The translations under genes were made by a program, and so were the position numbers. 64,000 bases of DNA, taken from the NCBI GenBank assembly GCA_044229845.1, contig JBGASG010000007.1, positions 32,001-96,000 of the forward strand. The letters are read 5' to 3'. The DNA comes from Candidatus Obscuribacteraceae bacterium. Lineage in GTDB: Bacteria; Cyanobacteriota; Vampirovibrionia; Obscuribacterales; Obscuribacteraceae. This document shows, piece by piece, positions 57,012 through 64,000 of the stretch. Below the pieces are notes generated by a model that searched no databases, was not told the origin of the DNA, and worked only from the letters and a program-made list of their open reading frames with translations. Within the stretch, counting starts at the first letter, position 1. The number at the start of each line of letters is the position of its first letter.

Positions 57012-59666
57012 ATGGAAATCGTTCTCGCCCACAACAATATGGATTTTGATGCGCTGGCCGCTCAATACGGCGTAACCAGGCTGCATCCGGGCGCCCGCAT
57101 GATACCGGGACATCCGCTTTCCAGTCCGATTCGCAGTTTTCTTTCCATCTATCGCGAGTCACTGCCGCTGGCGGAATTGCAGTACTTAGACCTGTCGCGA
57201 GTCACGCATGTTTACATCGTGGACACTCAGTGCGTCGAGCGGTTGGACGAACTGGCCAGGCAGCTGATTGTCGAGCGCGGGGTCCCTTATTCAGTTTTCG
57301 ACCATCACCAGCTGGATGAAAACGGTCTGGGCCGGCGAGCGGACAGCAATTCGCTGATCAAAGCGGCCGGTTCCGCCACCACCATCATCGTCGACGAGCT
57401 GCGTCGCAAAAATGCGCCCCTGACTCCGTTCGAGGCTACTCTCTTTGCTATCGGCATCTATGAAGATACAGGCTGCCTCACCTATCGCAGCACCACCGAA
57501 TACGACGCAATCTGTGTTGCCTATTTGCTGGCACACGGGGCTGACCTTTCGCAAGTCGATCACTTCATCAATCCCAAGCTCACCGACAAACAGGCCGAAC
57601 TCTTGATACGGCTTTCGAAAAATTCGCGGCAATTGGAAATCAACGGCGCCCGCATCGTGCTGGCGCATGCCGAGTGCGTAAATTATCTGGAAGGGTTGGC
57701 GACGCTCACTCGGCGCTTGCTGGAACATGGTTCGGCGCATGCCGCGGTGACCGTGGTGCGCATGCGTGACCGCGTGCATATCGTTGCCCGCAGCGATAGT
57801 CCGCTGATCGATGTGCGCGAGCTGGTGCGCCAATTCGGCGGCGACGGCCATATTGGCGCGGCTTCGGCGGTCAGCAAGGACAGTGTCTCCGAAATACTGG
57901 AGAGGGTGGAATCGCACCTGAGATCCAAAACTGCCAGCGAGGCGACCGCATCGCAAATCATGATTTCGCCGGTGCGCACGATCATGCCTGCGTTGACGAT
58001 GGACGAGGCTTACCGCCTGATGCTGCGGTATGGCGAGGGCGGACTGATTGTCACTGAAAATGATCGCGTCACCGGGGTCGTCTCTCGCCGCGATGTAGAC
58101 AAAGCTCTGCATCACAAGCTCGGGCATGCGCCGGTGCGGGGTTTCATGAGTCAGCCGGTGATCACCATCGGCGGTGCCGCCACCATCAGTCAGATTCAAT
58201 CATTGATGGTCAAAGAAGACATCGGAAGGCTGCCGGTGCTGGATGAGGGCGGAAAGCTGCTGGGGCTGGTGACGCGGCGCGAACTGCTGCGCACCTTATA
58301 CGGTGGCAACGCGGGCGTCGAGGATGGTGGCGCAGGCGGTGTAAGGGGCGGGCTGGTTGGCCGCGAAGGGGCGGACGGCGCGCCTGTTTCTCTCAAGCAG
58401 CCGCTGGCAACTCTCGATCAAGCCGCACAATGGTTGATGAAGGAAATCGGCAAGGTTGCCGGGCAGCACAGAATGTCAGTGTATGCGGTCGGTGGTATTG
58501 TGCGCGATTTGCTTTTGCAATCACCGACTTTCGACCTCGACTTTGTGATCGAGGGCTCCGCACTGAGGCTGGCAGCGGCTCTGGAAAAACTTTATCCGGC
58601 GCGCTTTCAGATTGTCGCCAAGCACGAGCGATTCCAGACGGCGACCTTGCTGTTTCACGGCGATGTCGACCGTGAAGTCGATCTCTCTACGGCGCGCACT
58701 GAGTTTTACGAATATCCGGCGGCGTTGCCGACGGTGGAGCCGTCCAGTCTCGAACAAGATTTGTTCAGGCGAGACTTCACGATCAATGCCCTGGCGATTT
58801 GCTTGAACCCGGATCGTTTTGGAGAACTGGTAGATTTTTTTCACGGGCGCAGCGACCTGGATGCACGCTTGATTCGCGTGTTGCATCAATTCAGTTTTAT
58901 CGAGGATCCAACTCGCATTGTGCGGGCAGCCCGGTTTGCGGCGCGCTTCGCTTTCGAACTCGAGCCGCGCACGCGCCACCAGGCCGAGCGAGCCATCGAA
59001 AGCGGTCTCTTCGATGACCTCGGCGGAGTACGCCTGCGTCAGGAATTGAAACTGATTCTGGAGGCACGCACCCGCCTGCGGGCGCTCGACTTGCTGGGCG
59101 AGCTGGGTGGCAATTTGCGGTATCTCGACAGCGAGCTGCGTTATGACGGGCTGGTCAGGCGACACCTGCGGCTTTCAGAAAGGCTGCTGGACCGGTTTGC
59201 CATTCCGGAAAATTGGCTCGTCTACCTGGGTGTGTTGCTGTCCCAGTTGCCGGAGGAGCGGCTAGACCCGACTCTCGACCGACTTCAGCTGGCTCAGGAC
59301 GAGAAAACTTTGATCAAACAGGGGCTTAAGCTGGCATTGGGGCTTGGTTCGGACAAGTCTCAAGAGGGAGTTTTGAGGCGCAGCCAAATTTACGATCGCC
59401 TGCATGGGGTGAAAGATCAGTCGCTGGCGATCGCAGCGGTACTCGCCCAGCCTGGTTCTGGAGTGCGGCGGGCGATCAACGTCTATCTGCAGGAGTTGCG
59501 GGACGTGAAGCCCTCAATCTCCGGCGAAGACCTCCTCAAATTAGGTGTCACCGAGGGCCCGCGGATCGGTGAGATTCTCAATCGGCTTCATCTCGCGAAA
59601 TTAGATGGAGACGTGAAATCGCACGCGGACGAACGGGATTTCGTGCAGAGCCTTCTTTCTAAGTAG
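57012..59666 (+). CDS. tRNA nucleotidyltransferase with N-terminal DHH/DHHA1 and CBS domains (probably A-adding type)
   Basis: H.N.DFDA, DHH, DTG, GDGH..AAS, CBS pair, GGIVRD..DLD, RRDFTINA and EDPTR. Confidence 0.92.
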   Translation: MEIVLAHNNMDFDALAAQYGVTRLHPGARMIPGHPLSSPIRSFLSIYRESLPLAELQYLDLSRVTHVYIVDTQCVERLDELARQLIVERGVPYSVFDHHQLDENGLGRRADSNSLIKAAGSATTIIVDELRRKNAPLTPFEATLFAIGIYEDTGCLTYRSTTEYDAICVAYLLAHGADLSQVDHFINPKLTDKQAELLIRLSKNSRQLEINGARIVLAHAECVNYLEGLATLTRRLLEHGSAHAAVTVVRMRDRVHIVARSDSPLIDVRELVRQFGGDGHIGAASAVSKDSVSEILERVESHLRSKTASEATASQIMISPVRTIMPALTMDEAYRLMLRYGEGGLIVTENDRVTGVVSRRDVDKALHHKLGHAPVRGFMSQPVITIGGAATISQIQSLMVKEDIGRLPVLDEGGKLLGLVTRRELLRTLYGGNAGVEDGGAGGVRGGLVGREGADGAPVSLKQPLATLDQAAQWLMKEIGKVAGQHRMSVYAVGGIVRDLLLQSPTFDLDFVIEGSALRLAAALEKLYPARFQIVAKHERFQTATLLFHGDVDREVDLSTARTEFYEYPAALPTVEPSSLEQDLFRRDFTINALAICLNPDRFGELVDFFHGRSDLDARLIRVLHQFSFIEDPTRIVRAARFAARFAFELEPRTRHQAERAIESGLFDDLGGVRLRQELKLILEARTRLRALDLLGELGGNLRYLDSELRYDGLVRRHLRLSERLLDRFAIPENWLVYLGVLLSQLPEERLDPTLDRLQLAQDEKTLIKQGLKLALGLGSDKSQEGVLRRSQIYDRLHGVKDQSLAIAAVLAQPGSGVRRAINVYLQELRDVKPSISGEDLLKLGVTEGPRIGEILNRLHLAKLDGDVKSHADERDFVQSLLSK

Positions 59667-59710
59667 AGAAAGATACCTGGGTCCGGGTCAGGTCCTGGAT
59701 CAGATTTAGA

Positions 59711-59804
59711 ACTGCACAATTGTGCAGTCCAGCTCCGTTGGTTCCTACGGTGTTTGCGATCGTGCTCACACACATAATCAAAGCATCAGGAACGGTTCGG
59801 AGCT
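59711..59804 (+). promoter_or_regulatory. 18-bp palindrome followed by an SD-sequestering leader hairpin
   Basis: ACTGCACAATTGTGCAGT at 59711-59728. AGCTCCG (59731-59737) pairs with CGGAGCT (59798-59804) and GTTCCT (59741-59746) pairs with AGGAAC (59788-59793). Confidence 0.55.
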
Positions 59805-59810
59805 AGGCAA

Positions 59811-60248
59811 ATGCAAAACACACAACAAATCATAGAGTGGCGCAATTCCTCCAAATCTCAAGTCAGCGAACTGGCCGGACTGTTTCTGCAGAAGCTGGAA
59901 GCCGTTGTTGAAGAAACCGAAATGGACCGTGTGAAGAAAGAAGCCGCCCAACTGGCCGCCAGCCTTCCGACCGACAGCCACGCAGCCGGCACCGTTCTCA
60001 AAGCCAACGCCGCCACCATCCAAGCCCTCTACGCCCGCTGCGCAGAAATCTCCGAAAACGCCGCCCAGACCATGACCAGCGTCATGAACGAAGCCTTGAA
60101 CGGCAAGCACACCGTCGTTATCGTCGATGCTCGCAGCAAAAGCGCCCCGGCGATTGCCTGGAAGAACAACGTGGCTTGCTTCATGGTCGTCAACCCGAGC
60201 TTCCTGCACACCGACGGTCAAAATGGCTACATCGCCATCGCCGCCTGA
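59811..60248 (+). CDS. Hypothetical protein (145 aa) with an SsrA-like C-terminus
   Basis: GGAG 8 nt upstream, strongly C-ending codon usage, ends GQNGYIAIAA. Confidence 0.75.
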   Translation: MQNTQQIIEWRNSSKSQVSELAGLFLQKLEAVVEETEMDRVKKEAAQLAASLPTDSHAAGTVLKANAATIQALYARCAEISENAAQTMTSVMNEALNGKHTVVIVDARSKSAPAIAWKNNVACFMVVNPSFLHTDGQNGYIAIAA

Positions 60249-60260
60249 CCCGACTAAGCA

Positions 60261-61265
60261 TTAACGCGGACGCAGTACATTCACCGCACTGGGAACCACC
60301 TCAAGTAGCACTGGGGTGGTTCCGCTTATGTCGCCATCCACGGATGCCGGCACCTCTGCATAGATGGGGGCGCGCCGCGGTTTGCCCAAGAGTGTCGAGC
60401 GGACGCGATGGGCGAGAGTCTGCATCATCGACAGGGGGCTGCGCTTGCGTACTACCGTAATCTCGGCTCGCTTGATCTTGCGAATGTAATAGGGGGCTGG
60501 GCCGCCAAAAAAGCTGGTGGCGAAGCCGAATCCGAGCGCCAGATAATCAGGCAATTCGTTGGGGCTGAGAATACACAGGTCGAGGTAACCGTCGTTGACG
60601 CTGGCAGTATGAGAAAGCGTGCCGACACCGAGGTCGGGCACGTTCGTGGCGAAGATGCCCGACGCAGCTATATCGAATCCTTCTTCGTCTTCGATTTTGA
60701 CGTGGAAGACCACCGGCGGAGCGCCCAGTGTCTGGACAATGGAGCCGACGTAGGCCAGCATCTTCAAATTGGCTTTGTCTCGGGCGGATGGCAAAGCGAC
60801 CGCATCCGATAAGGGACCAATGCCGGCGGCGATACAGAAATATTCGCCGTTCATGCGCCCCAGATCAACAGTTTCACTGTAGCCGGCGGCGATTACATTG
60901 ATGGCATCGTCGATTGAATCGGTGAGCAGGCTTGGTTCGTAGAAGCCCAGGTTGCGGGCCAGCTGGTTGCCTGTACCCAGTGGAATGATGCCGACCGGGG
61001 TCTTCGAGCCGGTTTCGGAAAGCGCTCCCAGGAGCAGCCGAATTGTGCCGTCGCCGCCGGCGACAACTATCAAGTCGGGATTTGAAATGCCCGCATAGCT
61101 GTCCAGCATTTCTTTTCCGGTCATATTCGGTTGAGTGGCGACGACGGAGACCCGGTAATTCAGGCGTTCACAGAGGGCATGAATGACGCTGCCCAGCCAT
61201 AAATCGGCATTCTCGGCTGTTCCTGAGGCGGGATTATATATAAAAAGTGCAGTTTTTATAGACAC
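60261..61265 (-). CDS. Diacylglycerol kinase family (YegS/DagK-like) lipid kinase
   Basis: NPASG, GGDGT, PLGTGN.LARNLG and DG motifs. Confidence 0.92.
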   Translation of the reverse strand: MSIKTALFIYNPASGTAENADLWLGSVIHALCERLNYRVSVVATQPNMTGKEMLDSYAGISNPDLIVVAGGDGTIRLLLGALSETGSKTPVGIIPLGTGNQLARNLGFYEPSLLTDSIDDAINVIAAGYSETVDLGRMNGEYFCIAAGIGPLSDAVALPSARDKANLKMLAYVGSIVQTLGAPPVVFHVKIEDEEGFDIAASGIFATNVPDLGVGTLSHTASVNDGYLDLCILSPNELPDYLALGFGFATSFFGGPAPYYIRKIKRAEITVVRKRSPLSMMQTLAHRVRSTLLGKPRRAPIYAEVPASVDGDISGTTPVLLEVVPSAVNVLRPR

Positions 61266-61510
61266 CGTCCGGGATTCGAATTAATCCTAGTTCTGTAAGA
61301 AGCCTACAAGGCTCAACAGTATTGTTGTTTGAAATGCAAAGAAGAATTTCAAGTGAAACGAAACTTCTTGAGGTCATTCAAGAGGAAGGTTAGAATTTCA
61401 ACTTTGTTTGTGTGTTCACTGGAACAAGCTCAACAGTTGGTCGTCTGACCCTAATAGTAATAGCCCGATCTATATCAGGCTGTGGACTTACCAGCTGAAC
61501 TCGCGAGTTA

Positions 61511-61538
61511 TTGACAGTTAACGGGAATTCAGTATTGT
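61511..61538 (+). promoter_or_regulatory. Sigma70-type promoter for the SRPBCC gene
   Basis: TTGACA at 61511-61516, 16-bp spacer, TATTGT at 61533-61538. Confidence 0.55.
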
Positions 61539-61594
61539 ACTGTTTAGCATCGTTTTTATTGAAAACCGACGTCTCACTGAAAGGTAGATCGCGC

Positions 61595-62200
61595 GTGAAT
61601 CGAATAACTAACGCAGCTGCAGCGGCGTTCATCTCGCTAACAGCTATCGTCAGTCTTACTTCTGCGCCTGCACTTGCGGACAACGTATCCTCGCCCAGCC
61701 TGGGTGAGGAGCAGATAGCAGACAAGTGCTATCAGACCGGCAAAATTAGAGTTCAAGCCAAGCCGGAAGCGGTTTGGAAGGTTCTGACGGACTACACGCA
61801 ACAAACCAAGGTATTCAAGCGCTTGCGCAAATGCCAGGTAGTTGCTGATAAAGGCACGACCAAAGTGCTCTATCAAGAAGTCCATCCTTCTGGACAACCA
61901 GCCACTTTCGAGTACAAGCTGGAAATGAAGGAAAAGGAGCAATTCCGCTGCCTCGAATGGCACCGGATTGCCGGCGACTTCAAAGAAATGCACGGATTTT
62001 GGAAGCTGGAGCCGACTGACGGTGGCCGCGCCACCAATGTCTACTATGCCAGCTATGTAAACGGTGGTTTCTTCATTCCGCAAGGTTTGATCAAACGGCA
62101 ATTCCGCATCGACACCCCGGCAGTTCTCTCAGCATTGAAAGAAACCGCCGAAGGCGCCACGCAGATTGCCAGCACGCGCAGAGAAGCCAACGCGCCGTAA
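61595..62200 (+). CDS. Exported SRPBCC / polyketide cyclase-like (START-fold) protein
   Basis: GTG start after AAGG, signal peptide (ALA-D), A.PE.VW.VLTDY and GDFK...G.W.LEP. Confidence 0.85.
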   Translation: MNRITNAAAAAFISLTAIVSLTSAPALADNVSSPSLGEEQIADKCYQTGKIRVQAKPEAVWKVLTDYTQQTKVFKRLRKCQVVADKGTTKVLYQEVHPSGQPATFEYKLEMKEKEQFRCLEWHRIAGDFKEMHGFWKLEPTDGGRATNVYYASYVNGGFFIPQGLIKRQFRIDTPAVLSALKETAEGATQIASTRREANAP

Positions 62201-62229
62201 GCGGACCGACCGGTCTGACTGTCCAAGCC

Positions 62230-62339
62230 GGCTTGCATCAGTTTTGATGCAAGTAGGGGAAATTCTGCTTGCCGGATGGCTCTGCCTCGCAGATCGAGAA
62301 GCAGGAAACCGGGTTTCTGCATCAAAACTGATGCAAGCC
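62230..62339. repeat. 110-bp element with perfect 22-bp terminal inverted repeats
   Basis: GGCTTGCATCAGTTTTGATGCA at 62230-62251 and its exact reverse complement at 62318-62339. Confidence 0.8.
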
Positions 62340-62388
62340 AAATTGGGTAACGGTGCGTTAGCCGGAACGGCGTCGGCCGGCTATCACC

Positions 62389-62397
62389 TGATACAAT
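62389..62397 (+). promoter_or_regulatory. Extended -10 promoter for tRNA-Ser/ychF
   Basis: TG-A-TACAAT ending 13 nt before the tRNA 5' end. Confidence 0.55.
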
Positions 62398-62410
62398 TCC
62401 AAATCCTTGA

Positions 62411-62496
62411 GGAGAGGTACCGAAGCGGTCATAACGGCGCCGCCTCGAAAGCGGATGGGTGTCACAGCCACGTGGGTTCGAATCCCACCCTCTCCG
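62411..62496 (+). tRNA. tRNA-Ser(CGA), CCA not encoded
   Basis: Acceptor stem GGAGAGG/CCTCTCC, anticodon loop CTCGAAA, long variable arm, GTTCGAATC T-loop, discriminator G. Confidence 0.93.
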
Positions 62497-62524
62497 GGTT
62501 TTTTTCCAGAGAGTAATTGGGCAG

Positions 62525-63622
62525 ATGAAAGTCGGCATTATTGGGTTGCCAGCAACCGGTAAGACCAGTGTATTTAACGCGCTCACCGGAGGCAGTGCCG
62601 AAGTGCACGCTTTCTCGGGCGCTGCCAGTGCGGATGCAAACCTTGGCGTAGTCCCGGTCCCGGACGACCGGCAGGATTGGTTGACCGGTCTATACAAACC
62701 GAAGAAGACTACCTACGCAACGGTTGAAATCGTTGACGTAGCAGGCATTACCGCCGGCACGGGCGAAAAGGGTTTCAGCGCCAACTTCATGACGCATTTG
62801 CGTCAGGTGGATGCGCTGGTGCACGTGGTGCGGGCGTTTGAAAGTGCGGCGGTGCCTCACCCGGATGGCAGCGTCAATCCCCTGCGCGACGCCGAATTGA
62901 TCGAATTAGAGCTGATTCTCGCGGACCTCGGCGTGATTGAAAAACGTCTGGAGAAGCTCGATCAAGAGATACAGCGCAAAAAGGGTCCGGAACGATCGCA
63001 GGCGGAAGCGGAGAAAGAAATTCTCGCTCGTTTCAAAGACGAATTGACAAACGAACGTCCTCTGCGGCAGTTGAAGCTGACCGACGAGGAAGACAAAGTG
63101 GTGCGCGGCTATACGTTTTTGTCCCAGAAGCCACTGCTTGTAGTGGCAAACATTGGCGAAGAAGAAATCGGCAAGGATGCGTCAGTGAAGAAACTGAAGG
63201 CGTTCGCCGATTCAAAAGGCGCACCACTGGTGGGTTTCTGCGCCAAGACCGAAATGGAGATAGCCCAGCTCGACGAAAGTGAGCGCACCGAGTTCTTGCA
63301 GGCGATGGGAATCGGTGAACCCGGACGAGACTTACTGGTGCGAGCGACCTATCAGCTGCTCGACGTCATCCCATTTTTCACGGTCGGCGAAGACGAGGTC
63401 AAAGCCTGGACGATCACCAAAGGCACCAATGCCCAGGAAGCCGCTCGTAAAATCCACTCCGATATCGCGCGTGGATTCATCCGAGCGGAAGTGGCTCCCT
63501 ATAACGCTTTGAAAGAATGCGGCACCTGGAACGGCGCCAAGGACAAGGGGCTGGTGCGGTTGGAAGGCAAGGAATACATCGTCCAGAACGGCGATTGCAT
63601 CAACTTCCGTTTTGCCGTTTAG
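62525..63622 (+). CDS. ychF: Redox-regulated ATPase YchF
   Basis: GLPATGKTS, VPD.R, DVAG, FFTVG.DEVKAW, IHSD..RGFIRAE and EGKEYIV..GD. Confidence 0.95.
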   Translation: MKVGIIGLPATGKTSVFNALTGGSAEVHAFSGAASADANLGVVPVPDDRQDWLTGLYKPKKTTYATVEIVDVAGITAGTGEKGFSANFMTHLRQVDALVHVVRAFESAAVPHPDGSVNPLRDAELIELELILADLGVIEKRLEKLDQEIQRKKGPERSQAEAEKEILARFKDELTNERPLRQLKLTDEEDKVVRGYTFLSQKPLLVVANIGEEEIGKDASVKKLKAFADSKGAPLVGFCAKTEMEIAQLDESERTEFLQAMGIGEPGRDLLVRATYQLLDVIPFFTVGEDEVKAWTITKGTNAQEAARKIHSDIARGFIRAEVAPYNALKECGTWNGAKDKGLVRLEGKEYIVQNGDCINFRFAV

Positions 63623-63793
63623 TGATGCTTGAGTTTTTTGCCACGAAAAACAGACGCCGCGCCGGCGGGAGAAGCAGAGCAATATGTGCATCCCGGAAAC
63701 GATTGGGGTTCTCCAGAGTAATTTCTCGGGGGCACCGCTTGTGAACGCCGCTACAATACCTAGAAGAAGCAGCTCTCGAGGGCTAGTACCCTG

Positions 63794-64000
63794 GTGTCAC
63801 AGACTGACAGACCTCAAATTATCCTCGTAGAAGATAACCAGATAGAGCGTAGAGTCATCTCTATGCTTGGAGAGAAACTGGGATTGACCGTGACGGCGGT
63901 GGCCACGGCCAAAGCGGCACTGGAGTTGCTGACGGACAACCATAGATTTTCACTGATTCTGATGGACTGGCAACTGCCAGATATGACCGGTCTGGAATGT
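63794..64000 (+). CDS. Response regulator receiver domain (partial, runs off the window end)
   Basis: Manual translation VSQTDRPQIILVEDN...FSLILMDWQLPDMTGLEC shows the acidic pocket and phosphoacceptor Asp. Confidence 0.85.
   Translation, partial: MSQTDRPQIILVEDNQIERRVISMLGEKLGLTVTAVATAKAALELLTDNHRFSLILMDWQLPDMTGLEC

Noticed and set aside
61266..61510. AT-rich intergenic region with small hairpins as a possible ncRNA
   Set aside because: Adequately explained as a divergent promoter region; no recognisable RNA family motif.
62411..62496. tRNA-Ser as the attachment site of an integrated element
   Set aside because: No integrase and no duplicated tRNA 3' end seen; ychF follows directly.
62459..62524. 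N-terminal extension of ychF
   Set aside because: It overlaps the tRNA; the real start is MKVGIIG at 62525.

Overview
This is a gene-dense bacterial chromosomal segment with no prophage, CRISPR array or transposase. Many TPR proteins, three membrane Ser/Thr kinases (two with N-terminal CPxC..CPxDG ribbons), an exported caspase-like protease and a DHH-CBS tRNA nucleotidyltransferase suggest Vampirovibrionia (Obscuribacterales-like); this taxonomic call is an inference. Recognisable housekeeping content: a partial FdhF/YdeP-type molybdoenzyme, xdhABC, a TetR regulator, a CoA-transferase, an SDR, an MFS transporter, fused 5-oxoprolinase, sbcDC, a rhomboid, a UvrD-family helicase, a Cu(+)-type P1B ATPase, PfpI, hemACDB, an nfeD/flotillin locus, ychF, tRNA-Ser(CGA) and a small SRP RNA. 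Best leads: (1) a stand-alone PLD(HKD)-XRE HTH fusion preceded by three copies of a TTGCCA-N3-TGGCAA palindrome; (2) an orphan 145-aa gene whose SD sits in a long leader hairpin and whose protein ends in an SsrA-like tail; (3) a histidine pseudokinase next to a stand-alone copy of its own sensor domain and a stand-alone MshEN-like protein; (4) recurring intergenic inverted repeats whose arms are themselves palindromes; (5) a small metallothionein; (6) HemA with a C-terminal CP heme-regulatory-like motif; (7) a frameshifted TPR pseudogene. All calls come from reading motifs by eye; no database search was run.
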